Shown here in pieces: positions 30,001 to 46,000 of a stretch of DNA of 64,000 nt; position 1 is the first letter of the stretch, and each line of letters starts with the position of its first letter. Origin of the DNA: Eledone cirrhosa (lineage: Eukaryota); the NCBI GenBank assembly GCA_964016885.1, contig OZ024744.1, forward strand, positions 47,926,001 to 47,990,000, read 5' to 3'. The translations under genes were made by a program, and so were the position numbers. The notes under the pieces are model-generated. The model saw nothing but the letters and a program-made list of their open reading frames with translations. It made no database searches and was not told the DNA's origin.

Positions 30001-33000
30001 CATTTTAGACTATCAAGACCAGAACACCAACCACATTAGACTATCAAGACCAGAACACCAACAACATTAGACTATCAAGACCAGAACACCAACCACATCA
30101 CATTAGACTATCAAGACCAGAACACCAACCACGTTAGACTATCAAGACCAGAACACCAACCACATCACATTTGACTATCAAGACCAGAACACCAACCACA
30201 TCACATTAGACTATCAAGACCAGAACACAAACCACATCACATTAGACTATCAAGACCAGAACACCAACCACATCACATTAGACTATCAAGACCAGAACAC
30301 CAACCACATTAGACTATCAAGACCAGAACTCCAACCACATTAGACTATCAAGAGAAGAACACCAACCACATCACATTAGACTATCAAGACCAGAACTCCA
30401 ACCACATTAGACTATCAAGACCAGAACACCAACAACATTAGACTATCAACACCAGAACACCAACCACATTAGACTATCAAGACCAGAACTCCAACCACAT
30501 TAGACTATCAAGACCAGAACACCAACCACATTAGACTATCAAGACCAGAACACCAACCACATCACATTTGACTATCAAGACCAGAACACCAACCACATCA
30601 CATTAGACTATCAAGACCAGAAAACCAACCACATCACATTAGACTATCAAGACCAGAACACCAACCACATCACATTAGACTATCAAGACCAGAACACCAA
30701 CCACATTAGACTATCAAGACCAGAACACCAACCACATCACATTAGACTATCAAGACAGAACACCAACCACATTATACTATCAAGACCAGAACACCAACCA
30801 CATTAGACTATCAAGACCAGAACACCAACCACATCACATTAGACTATCAAGACCAGAACACCAACCACATTAGACTATCAAGACCAGAACACCAACCACA
30901 TTAGACTATCAAGACCAGAACACCAACCACATTAGACTATCAAGACCAGAACACCAACCACATCACATTAGACTATCAAGACCAGAACACCAACCACATT
31001 AGACTATCAAGACCAGAACACCAACCACATTAGACTATCAAGACCAGAACACCAACCACATTAGACTATCAAGATCAGAACACCAACCACATCACATTAG
31101 ACTATCAAGACCAGAACACCAAACACATTAGACTATCAAGACCAGAACACCAACCACATTAGACTATCAAGACCAGAACACCAACCACATTAGACTATCA
31201 AGACCATAACACCAACCACATCACATCAGACTATCAAGAGCAGAACACCAACCACATTAGACTATCAAGACCAGAACACCAACCACATTAGACAATCAAG
31301 AACAGAACTCCAACCACATTACAATATCAAGACCAGAACACCAACCACATCACATTAGACTATCAAGACCAGAACACCAACCACATCACATTAGACTATC
31401 AAGACCAGAACACCAACCACATTAGACTATCATGACCAGAACACCAACCACATTAGACTATCAAGACCATAACACCAACCACATCACATCAGACTATCAA
31501 GAGCAGAACACCAACCACATTAGACTATCAAGACCAGAACACCAACCACATTAGACTATCAAGACCATAACACCAACCACATTAGACTATCAAGACCAGA
31601 ACACCAACCACATTAGACTATCAAGACCAGAACACCAACCACATTAGACTATCAAGACCAGAACACCAACCACATTAGACTATCAAGACCAGAACACCAA
31701 CCACATTAGACTATCAAGACCAGAACACCAACCACATCACATAAGACTATCAAGACCAGAACATAAACCACATCACATTAGACTATCAAGACCAGAACAC
31801 CAACCACATCACATTAGACTATCAAGACCAGAACACCAACCACATCACATTAGACTATCAAGACCTGAACACCAACCACATCACATTAGACTATCAAGAC
31901 CAGAACACCAACAACATCACATTAGACTATCAAGACCAGAACACCAACCACATTAGACTATCAAGAACAGAACACCAACAACATTAGACTATCAAGACCA
32001 TAACACCAACCACATTAGACTATCAAGAACAGAACACCAACCACATTAGACTATCAAGACCAGAACACCAACAACAATAGACTATCAAGACCAGAACACC
32101 AACCACATTAGACTATCAAGAACAGAACACCAACCACATTAGACTATCAAGACAAGAACACCAACCACATTAGACTATCAAGAACAGAACACCAACCACA
32201 TTAGACTATCAAGACCAGAACACCAACCACATCACATTAGCCTATCAAGAACAGAACACCAACCACATTAGACTATCAAGACCAGAACACCAACCACATT
32301 ATACTATCAAAACCAGAACACCAACCACATCACATTAGACTATCAAGACCAGAACACCAACCACATTAGACTATCAAGACCAGAACACCAACCACATCAC
32401 ATTAGAATATCCAGACCAGAACACCAACCATATCACATTAGACTATCAAGACCTGAACACCAACAACATCACATTAGACTATCAAGACCAGAACACCAAC
32501 AACATCACATTAGACTATCAAGACCAGAACACCAACCACATTAGACTATCAAGAACATAACACCAACAACATTAGACTATCAAGAACATAACACCAACCA
32601 CATTAGACTATCAAGAACAGAACACCAACCACATTAGACTATCAAGAACAGAATACCAACCACATTAGACTATCAAGACCAGAACACCAACAACATCACA
32701 TTAGCCTATCAAGAACAGAACACCAACCACATTAGACTATCAAGACCAGAACACCAACCACATTAGACTATCAAGACCAGAACACCAACCACATCACATT
32801 AGACTATCAAGACCAGAACACCAACCACATTAGACTATCAAGACAAGAACACCAACCACATCACATTAGAATATCAAGACCAGAACACCAATCACATCAC
32901 ATTAGACTATCAAGACCGGAACACCAACCACATCACATTAGACTATCAACACCAGAACACCAACAACATCACATTAGACTATCAAGACCAGAACACCAAC

Positions 33001-36000
33001 CACATTAGACTATCAAGAACATAACACCAGCAACATTAGACTATCAATACCATAACACCAACCACATTAGACTATCAAGAACAGAACACCAACCACATTA
33101 GACTATCAAGACCAGAACACCAACAACAATAGACTATCAAGACCAGAACACCAACCACATTAGACTATCAAGAACAGAACACCAACCATATTAGACTATC
33201 AAGACCAGAACACCAACCACATTAGACTATCAAGAACAGAACACCAACCACATTAGACTATCAAGACCAGAACAACAACCACATTAGACTATCAAGACCA
33301 GAACACCAACCACATCACATTAGACTATCAAGACCAGAACACCAACCACATTAGACTATCAAGACCAGAACACCAACCACATCACATTAGACTATCAAGA
33401 CCAGAACACCAACCACATCACATTAGACTATCAAGACCTGAACACCAACCACATCACATTAGACTATCAAGACCAGAACACCAACAACATCACATTAGAC
33501 TATCAAGACCAGAACACCAACCACATTAGACTATCAAGAACAGAACACCAACAACATTAGACTATCAAGACCATAACACCAACCACATTAGACTATCAAG
33601 AACAGAACACCAACCACATTAGACTATCAAGACCAGAACACCAACAACAATAGACTATCAAGACCAGAACACCAACCACATTAGACTATCAAGAACAGAA
33701 CACCAACCACATTAGACTATCAAGACCAGACCACCAACCACATTAGACTATCAAGAACAGAATACCAACCACATTAGACTATCAAGAACAGAACACCAAC
33801 CACATTAGACTATCAAGACCAGAACACCAACCACATCACATTAGCCTATCAAGAATAGAACACCAACCACATTAGACTATCAAGACCAGAACACCAACCA
33901 CATTAGACTATCAAAACCAGAACACCAACCACATCACATTAGACTATCAAGACCAGAACACCACCCACATTAGACTATCAAGACCAGAACACCAACCACA
34001 TCACATTAGAATATCAAGACCAGAACACCAACCATATCACATTAGACTATCAAGACCTGAACACCAACCACATCACATTAGACTATCAAGACCAGAACAC
34101 CAACAACATCACATTAGACTATCAAGACCAGAACACAAACCACATTAGACTATCAAGAACATAACACCAACAACATTAGACTATCAAGACCATAACACCC
34201 ACCACATTAGACTATCAAGAACAGAATACCAACCACATTAGACTATCAAGACCAGAACACCAACAACAATAGACTATCAAGACCAGAACACCAACCACAT
34301 TAGACTATCAAGAACAGAACACCAACCACATTAGACTATCAAGACCAGAACACCAACCACATTAGACTATCAAGAACAGAACACCAACCACACTAGACTA
34401 TCAAGAACAGAACACCAACCACATTAGTCTATCAAGACCAGAACACCAACCACATCACATTAGCCTATCAAGAACAGAACACCAACCACATTAGACTATC
34501 AAGACCAGAACACCAACCACATTAGACTATCAAGACAAGAACACCAACCACATCACATTAGACTATCAAGACCAGAACACCAACCACATCAGATTAGACT
34601 ATCCTGACCAGAACACCAACCACATTAGACTATCAAGAACAGAACTCCAACCACATTACACTATCAAGACCAGAACTCCAACCACATCACATTAGACTAT
34701 CAAGACCAGAACACCAACCACATCACATTAGACTATCAAGACCAGAACACCAACCACATTAGACTATCATGACCAGAACACCAACCACATTAGACTATCA
34801 AGACCATAACACCAACCACATCACATCAGACTATCAAGAGCAGAACACCAACCACATTAGACTATCAAGACCAGAACACCAACCACATTAGACTATCAAG
34901 ACCAGAACACCAACCACATTAGACTATCAAGACCAGAACACCAACCACATTAGACTATCAAGACCAGAACACCAACCACATTAGACTATCAAGACCAGAA
35001 CACCAACCACATCACATTAGACTATCAAGACCAGAACACCAACCACATTAGACTATCATGACCAGAACACCAACCACATTAGACTATCAAGACCATAACA
35101 CCAACCACATCACATCAGACTATCAAGAGCAGAACACCAACCACATTAGACTATCAAGACCAGAACACCAACCACATTAGACTATCAAGACCAGAACACC
35201 AACCACATTAGACTATCAAGACCAGAACACCAACCACATTAGACTATCAAGACCAGAACACCAACCACATCACATAAGACTATCAAGACCAGAACATAAA
35301 CCACATCACATTAGACTATCAAGACCAGAACACCAACCACATCACATTAGACTATCAAGACCAGAACACCAACCACATCACATTAGACTATCAAGACCTG
35401 AACACCAACCACATCACATTAGACTATCAAGACCAGAACACCAACAACATCACATTAGACTATCAAGACCAGAACACCAACCACATTAGACTATCAAGAA
35501 CAGAACACCAACAACATTAGACTATCAAGACCATAACACCAACCACATTAGACTATCAAGAACAGAACACCAACCACATTAGACTATCAAGACCAGAACA
35601 CCAACAACAATAGACTATCAAGACCAGAACACCAACCACATTAGACTATCAAGAACAGAACACCAGCCACATTAGACTATCAAGACAAGAACACCAACCA
35701 CATTAGAGTATCAAGAACAGAACACCAACCACATTAGACTATCAAGAACAGAACACCAACCACATTAGACTATCAAGACCAGAACACCAACCACATCACA
35801 TTAGCCTATCAAGAACAGAACACCAACCACATTAGACTATCAAGACCAGAACTCCAACCACATTAGACTATCAAAACCAGAACACCAACCACATCACATT
35901 AGACTATCAAGACCAGAACACCAACCACATTAGACTATCAAGACCAGAACACCAACCACATCACATTAGAATATCCAGACCAGAACACCAACCATATCAC

Positions 36001-37041
36001 ATTAGACTATCAAGATCTGAACACCAACCACATCACATTAGAATATCAAGACCAGAACACCAACAACATCACATTAGACTATCAAGACCAGAACACCAAT
36101 CACATTAGACTATCAAGAACATAACACCAACAACATTAGACTATCAAGACCAGAACACCAACCACATTAGACTATCAAGACAAGAACACCAACCACATTA
36201 GACTATCAAGAACAGAAGACCAACCACATTAGACTATCAAGAACAGAACACCAACCACATTAGACTATCAAGACCAGAACACCAACAACATCACATTAGC
36301 CTATCAAGAACACCAACCACATTAGACTATCAAGACCAGAACACCAACCACATTAGACTATCAAGGCCAGAACACCAACCACATCACATTAGACCATCAA
36401 TACCAGAACACCAACCACATTAGACTATCAAGACCAGAACACCAACCACATCACATTAGAATATCAAGACCAGAACACCAACCACATCACATTAGACTAT
36501 CAAGACCTGAACACCAACCACATCACATTAGACTATCAACACCAGAACACCAACAACATCACATTAGACTATCAAGACCAGAACACCAACCACATTAGAC
36601 TATCAAGAACATAACACCAGCAACATTAGACTATCAAGACCATAACACCAACCACATTAGACTATCAAGAACAGAACACCAACCACATTAGACTATCAAG
36701 ACCAGAACACCAACAACAATAGACTATCAAGACCAGAACACCAACCACATTAGACTATCAAGAACAGAACACCAACCACATTAGACTATCAAGACCAGAA
36801 CACCAACCACATTAGACTATCAAGAACAGAACACCAACCACATTAGACTATCAAGAACAGAACACCAACCACATTAGACTATCAAGACCAGAACAACAAC
36901 CACATTAGACTATCAAGACCAGAACACCAACCACATCACATTAGACTATCAAGACCAGAACACCAACCACATTAGACTATCAAGACCAGAACACCAACCA
37001 CATCACATTAGACTATCAAGACCAGAACACCAACCACATCA
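17563..37041 (+). repeat. Copy A of a ~23.6-kb super-repeat (portion whose partner is visible in the window)
   Basis: AACAACTAGA 18441/42113 (+23672) and 27596/51237 (+23641); TCTAGA 24458/48099 (+23641); GATTAGACTATCCTG 25201/48842 (+23641); 5-bp-deleted monomer 36302/63261. Confidence 0.85.
34700..35270 (+). repeat. Local 9-monomer (289 bp = 7x31 + 2x36) tandem duplication
   Basis: The TCATGA / CATCAG / GAGCAG variant trio occurs twice (TCATG at 34767 and 35056). The homologous regions near 2500, 25380, 49020 and 62200 have it once. Confidence 0.8.
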
Positions 37042-40000
37042 CATTAGACTATCAAGACCTGAACACCAACCACATCACATTAGACTATCAAGACCATAAC
37101 ACTAACCACATTAGACTATCAAGAACAGAACACCAATCATATTAGACTATCAAGACCAGAACACCAAAAACAATAGACTATCAAGACCAGAACACCAACC
37201 ACATTAGACTATCAAGAACAGAACACCAACCACATTAGACTATCAAGACCAGAACACCAACCACATTAGACTATCAAGAACAGAACACCAACCACATTAG
37301 ACTATCAAGAACAGAACACCAACCACATTAGACTATCAAGCCCAGAACACCAACCACATCACATTAGCCTATCAAGAACAGAACACCAACCACATTAGAC
37401 TATCAAGACCAGAACACCAACCACATCACATTAGACTATCAAGACCAGAACACCAACCACATCACATTAGACCATCAAGACCAGAACACCAACCACATCA
37501 CATTAGACTATCAAGACCAGAACACCAACCACATCACATTAGACTATCAAGACCAGAACACCAACCACATTAGACTATCAAGACCAGAACACCAACCACA
37601 TTAGACTATCAAGACCAGAACACCAACCACATTAGACTATCAAGACCAGAACACCAACCACATCACATAAGACTATCAAGACCAGAACATAAACCACATC
37701 ACATTAGACTATCAAGACCAGAACACCAACCACATCACATTAGACTATCAAGACCAGAACACCAACCACATCACATTAGACTATCAAGACCAGAACACTA
37801 ACCACATTAGACTATCAAGACCAGAACACCAACCACATTAGACTATCAAGACCAGAACACCAACCACATTAGACTATCAAGACCAGAACACCAACCACAT
37901 TAGACTATCAAGACCAGAACTCCAACCACATTAGACTATCAAGACCAGAACACCAACCACATCACATTAGACTATCAAGACCAGAACACCAACAATATCA
38001 TTTTAGACTATCAAGACCAGAACACCAACCACATTAGACTATCAAGACCAGAACACCAACAACATTAGACTATCAAGACCAGAACACCAACCACATCACA
38101 TTAGACTATCAAGACCAGAACACCAACCACGTTAGACTATCAAGACCAGAACACCAACCACATCACATTTGACTATCAAGACCAGAACACCAACCACATC
38201 ACATTAGACTATCAAGACCAGAACACAAACCACATCACATTAGACTATCAAGACCAGAACACCAACCACATCACATTAGACTATCAAGACCAGAACACCA
38301 ACCACATTAGACTATCAAGACCAGAACTCCAACCACATTAGACTATCAAGAGAAGAACACCAACCACATCACATTAGACTATCAAGACCAGAACTCCAAC
38401 CACATTAGACTATCAAGACCAGAACACCAACAACATTAGACTATCAACACCAGAACACCAACCACATTAGACTATCAAGACCAGAACTCCAACCACATTA
38501 GACTATCAAGACCAGAACACCAACCACATTAGACTATCAAGACCAGAACACCAACCACATCACATTTGACTATCAAGACCAGAACACCAACCACATCACA
38601 TTAGACTATCAAGACCAGAAAACCAACCACATCACATTAGACTATCAAGACCAGAACACCAACCACATCACATTAGACTATCAAGACCAGAACACCAACC
38701 ACATTAGACTATCAAGACCAGAACACCAACCACATCACATTAGACTATCAAGACCAGAACACCAACCACATTATACTATCAAGACCAGAACACCAACCAC
38801 ATTAGACTATCAAGACCAGAACACCAACCACATCACATTAGACTATCAAGACCAGAACACCAACCACATTAGACTATCAAGACCAGAACACCAACCACAT
38901 TAGACTATCAAGACCAGAACACCAACCACATTAGACTATCAAGACCAGAACACCAACCACATCACATTAGACAATCAAGACCAGAACACCAACCACATTA
39001 GACTATCAAGACCAGAACACCAACCACATTAGACTATCAAGACCAGAACACCAACCACATTAGACTATCAAGACCAGAACACCAACCACATCACATTAGA
39101 CTATCAAGACCAGAACACCAACCACATTAGACTATCAAGACCAGAACACCAACCACATTAGACTATCAAGACCAGAACACCAACCACATTAGACTATCAA
39201 GACCATAACACCAACCACATCACATCAGACTATCAAGAGCAGAACACCAACCACATTAGACTATCAAGACCAGAACACCAACCACATTAGACAATCAAGA
39301 ACAGAACTCCAACCACATTACAATATCAAGACCAGAACACCAACCACATCACATTAGACTATCAAGACCAGAACACCAACCACATCACATTAGACTATCA
39401 AGACCAGAACACCAACCACATTAGACTATCATGACCAGAACACCAACCACATTAGACTATCAAGACCATAACACCAACCACATCACATCAGACTATCAAG
39501 AGCAGAACACCAACCACATTAGACTATCAAGACCAGAACACCAACCACATTAGACTATCAAGACCAGAACACCAACCACATTAGACTATCAAGACCAGAA
39601 CACCAACCACATTAGACTATCAAGACCAGAACACCAACCACATTAGACTATCAAGACCAGAACACCAACCACATTAGACTATCAAGACCAGAACACCAAC
39701 CACATTAGACTATCAAGACCAGAACACCAACCACATCACATAAGACTATCAAGACCAGAACATAAACCACATCACATTAGACTATCAAGACCAGAACACC
39801 AACCACATCACATTAGACTATCAAGACCAGAACACCAACCACATCACATTAGACTATCAAGACCTGAACACCAACCACATCACATTAGACTATCAAGACC
39901 AGAACACCAACAACATCACATTAGACTATCAAGACCAGAACACCAACCACATTAGACTATCAAGAACAGAACACCAACAACATTAGACTATCAAGACCAT

Positions 40001-43000
40001 AACACCAACCACATTAGACTATCAAGAACAGAACACCAACCACATTAGACTATCAAGACCAGAACACCAACAACAATAGACTATCAAGACCAGAACACCA
40101 ACCACATTAGACTATCAAGAACAGAACACCAACCACATTAGACTATCAAGACAAGAACACCAACCACATTAGACTATCAAGAACAGAACACCAACCACAT
40201 TAGACTATCAAGACCAGAACACCAACCACATCACATTAGCCTATCAAGAACAGAACACCAACCACATTAGACTATCAAGACCAGAACACCAACCACATTA
40301 TACTATCAAAACCAGAACACCAACCACATCACATTAGACTATCAAGACCAGAACACCAACCACATTAGACTATCAAGACCAGAACACCAACCACATCACA
40401 TTAGAATATCCAGACCAGAACACCAACCATATCACATTAGACTATCAAGACCTGAACACCAACAACATCACATTAGACTATCAAGACCAGAACACCAACT
40501 ACATCACATTAGACTATCAAGACCAGAACACCAACCACATTAGACTATCAAGAACATAACACCAACAACATTAGACTATCAAGAACATAACACCAACCAC
40601 ATTAGACTATCAAGAACAGAACACCAACCACATTAGACTATCAAGAACAGAATACCAACCACATTAGACTATCAAGACCAGAACACCAACAACATCACAT
40701 TAGCCTATCAAGAACAGAACACCAACCACATTAGACTATCAAGACCAGAACACCAACCACATTAGACTATCAAGACCAGAACACCAACCACATCACATTA
40801 GACTATCAAGACCAGAACACCAACCACATTAGACTATCAAGACTAGAACACCAACCACATCACATTAGAATATCAAGACCAGAACACCAATCACATCACA
40901 TTAGACTATCAAGACCTGAACACCAACCACATCACATTAGACTATCAACACCAGAACACCAACAACATCACATTAGACTATCAAGACCAGAACACCAACC
41001 ACATTAGACTATCAAGAACATAACACCAGCAACATTAGACTATCAATACCATAACACCAACCACATTAGACTATCAAGAACAGAACACCAACCACATTAG
41101 ACTATCAAGACCAGAACACCAACAATAATAGACTATCAAGACCAGAACACCAACCACATTAGACTATCAAGAACAGAACACCAACCATATTAGACTATCA
41201 AGACCAGAACACCAACCACATTAGACTATCAAGAACAGAACACCAACCATATTAGACTATCAAGACCAGAACACCAACCACATTAGACTATCAAGAACAG
41301 AACACCAACCACATTAGACTATCAAGAACAGAACACCAACCACATTAGACTATCAAGACCAGAACACCAACCACATCACATTAGCCTATCAAGAACAGAA
41401 CACCAACCACATTAGACTATCAAGACCAGAACACCAACCACATTAGACTATCAAGAACAGAACACAAACCACATTAGACTATCAAGACCAGAACACCAAC
41501 CACATTAGACTATCAAGACCAGAACACCAAACACATTACACTATCAAGAACAGAACACCAACCACATTAGACTATCAAGAACAGAACACCAACCACATTA
41601 GACTATCAAGAACAGAACACCAACCACATTAGACTATCAAGAACAGAACACCAACCACATTAGACTATCAAGAACAGAACACCAACCACATTAGACTATC
41701 AAGAACAGAACACAAACCACATTAGACTATCAAGACCAGAACATTAACAACATCACATAGTCTATCAAGACCAGAACAGCAACAACATCACATTAGACTA
41801 TCAAGACCAGAACACCACCCACATCACATTAGACTATCAAGACCAGAACACCAAACACATCACATTAGACTATCAAGACCAGAACACCAACCACATTAGA
41901 CTACCAAGTCCAGAACACCAACCACATCACATTGGACTATTAAGACCAGAACACCAACCACATTAGACTATCAAGCCCAGAACTCCAACCACATTAGACT
42001 ATCAAGACCAGAACACCAACCACATCACATTAGACTATCAAAACCATAACACCAACCACATTAGACTATCAAGACCATAACACCAACCACATTAGACTAT
42101 CAAGACCAGAACAACAACTAGATCACATTAGACTATCAAGACCAGAACATCAACAATATCATTTTAGACTATCAAGACCAGAACACCAACAACATAACAT
42201 TAGACTATCAAGACCAGAACACCAACCACATCACATTAGACTATCAAGACCAGAACACCAACCACATCACATTAGACTATCAAGACCAGAACACCAACCA
42301 CATCACATTAGACTATCAAGACGTGAACACCAACCACATTAGACTATCAAGACCAGAACACCAACCACATTAGACTATCAAGACCAGAACACCAACCACA
42401 TTAGACTATCAAGACCAGAACACCAACCACATCACATTAGACTATCAAGACCAGAACACCAACCACATTAGATTTCAAGACCAGAACACCAACCACATTA
42501 TACTATCAAGACCAGAACACCAACCACATCACATCAGAATATCAAGACCAGAACACCAACCACATTAGACTATCAAGACCAGAACACCAACCACATCACA
42601 TTAGACTATCAAGAACAGAACACCAACCACATCACATTAGACTATCAAGACCAGTACACCAACCACATCACATTAGACTATCAAGACCAGAACACCAACC
42701 ACATCACATTAGACTATCAAGACGTGAACACCAACCACATTAGACTATCAAGACCAGAACACCAACAACATTAGACTATCAAGACCAGAACACCAACCAC
42801 ATTAGACTATCAAGACCAGAACACCAACCACATCACATTAGACTATCAAGACCAGAACACCAACAACATCACATTAGACTACCAAGACCATAACACCAAC
42901 CATATTAAACTATCAAGACCAGAACACCAACCACATCATATTAGACTATCAAGACCAGAACACCAACCACATTAGACTATCAAGACCAGAACACCAATCA

Positions 43001-46000
43001 CATTAGACTATCAAGACCAGAACACCAACCACATCACATTAGAATATCAAGACCAGAACACCAACCACATCACATTAGACTATCAAGACCAGAACACCAA
43101 CCACATTAGACTATCAAGAACAGAACACCAACCACATTAGACTATCAAGAAAAGAACACCAACCACATTAGACTATCAAGACCAGAACACCAACCACATC
43201 ACATTTGACTATCAAGACCAGAACACTAACCACATTAGACTATCAAGACCAGAACACTAACAACATCACATAGTCTATCAAGACCAGAACACCAACAACA
43301 TCACAAGAGACTATAAAGACCAGAACACCAACAACATCACATTAGACTATCAAGACCAGAACACCACCCACATCACATTAGACTATCAAAACCAGAACAC
43401 CAAACACATCACATAAGACTATCAAGACCAGAACACCAACCACATTAGACTACCATGACCAGAACAACAACCACATCACATTAGACTATTAAGACCAGAA
43501 CACCAACCACATCACATTAGACTATCAAGACCAGAACACCAACCACATTAGACTATCAAGACCAGAACTCCAACCACATCACATTAGACTATCAAGACCA
43601 GAACACCAACCACATTAGACTATCAAGACCAGAACACCAACCACATCACATTAGACTATCAAGACCAGAACACCAACCACATCACATTAGACTATCAAGA
43701 CCAGAACACCAACCACATCACATTAGACTATCAAGACCATAACACCAACCACATTAGACTATCAAGACCATAACACCAACCACATTAGACTATCAAGACC
43801 AGAACACCAACCACATTAGACTATCAAGACCAGAACACCAACCACATTAGACTATCAAGACCAGAACACCAACCACATCACATAAGACTATCAAGACCAG
43901 AACATAAACCACATCACATTAGACTATCAAGACCAGAACACCAACCACATCACATTAGACTATCAAGACCAGAACACCAACCACATCACATTAGACCATC
44001 AAGACCAGAACACCAACCACATCACATTAGACTATCAAGACCAGAACACCAACCACATCACATTAGACTATCAAGACCAGAACACCAACCACATTAGACT
44101 ATCAAGACCAGAACACCAACCACATTAGACTATCAAGACCAGAACACCAACCACATTAGACTATCAAGACCAGAACACCAACCACATCACATAAGACTAT
44201 CAAGACCAGAACATAAACCACATCACATTAGACTATCAAGACCAGAACACCAACCACATCACATTAGACTATCAAGAACAGAACACCAACCACATCACAT
44301 TAGACTATCAAGACCAGAACACTAACCACATTAGACTATCAAGACCAGAACACCAACCACATTAGACTATCAAGACCAGAACACCAACCACATTAGACTA
44401 TCAAGACCAGAACACCAACCACATTAGACTATCAAGACCAGAACTCCAACCACATTAGACTATCAAGACCAGAACACCAACCACATCACATTAGACTATC
44501 AAGACCAGAACACCAACAATATCATTTTAGACTATCAAGACCAGAACACCAACCACATTAGACTATCAAGACCAGAACACCAACAACATTAGACTATCAA
44601 GACCAGAACACCAACCACATCACATTAGACTATCAAGACCAGAACACCAACCACGTTAGACTATCAAGACCAGAACACCAACCACATCACATTTGACTAT
44701 CAAGACCAGAACACCAACCACATCACATTAGACTATCAAGACCAGAACACAAACCACATCACATTAGACTATCAAGACCAGAACACCAACCACATCACAT
44801 TAGACTATCAAGACCAGAACACCAACCACATTAGACTATCAAGACCAGAACTCCAACCACATTAGACTATCAAGAGAAGAACACCAACCACATCACATTA
44901 GACTATCAAGACCAGAACTCCAACCACATTAGACTATCAAGACCAGAACACCAACAACATTAGACTATCAACACCAGAACACCAACCACATTAGACTATC
45001 AAGACCAGAACTCCAACCACATTAGACTATCAAGACCAGAACACCAACCACATTATACTATCAAGACCAGAACACCAACCACATTAGACTATCAAGACCA
45101 GAACACCAACCACATCACATTAGACTATCAAGACCAGAACACCAACCACATTAGACTATCAAGACCAGAACACCAACCACATCACATTAGACTATCAAGA
45201 CCAGAACACCAACCACATTAGACTATCAAGACCAGAACACCAACCACATTAGACTATCAAAACCAGAACACCAACCACATTAGACTATCAAGACCAGAAC
45301 ACCAACCACATCACATTAGACTATCAAGACCAGAACACCAACCACATTAGACTATCAAGACCAGAACACCAACCACATTAGACTATCAAGACCAGAACAC
45401 CAACCACATTAGACTATCAAGACCATAACACCAACCACATCACATCAGACTATCAAGAGCAGAACACCAACCACATTAGACTATCAAGACCAGAACACCA
45501 ACCACATTAGACAATCAAGAACAGAACTCCAACCACATTACAATATCAAGACCAGAACACCAACCACATCACATTAGACTATCAAGACCAGAACACCAAC
45601 CACATCACATTAGACTATCAAGACCAGAACACCAACCACATTAGACTATCATGACCAGAACACCAACCACATTAGACTATCAAGACCATAACACCAACCA
45701 CATCACATCAGACTATCAAGAGCAGAACACCAACCACATTAGACTATCAAGACCAGAACACCAACCACATTAGACTATCAAGACCAGAACACCAACCACA
45801 TTAGACTATCAAGACCAGAACACCAACCACATTAGACTATCAAGACCAGAACACCAACCACATTAGACTATCAAGACCAGAACACCAACCACATTAGACT
45901 ATCAAGACCAGAACACCAACCACATTAGGCTATCAAGACCAGAACACCAACCACATCACATAAGACTATCAAGACCAGAACATAAACCACATCACATTAG

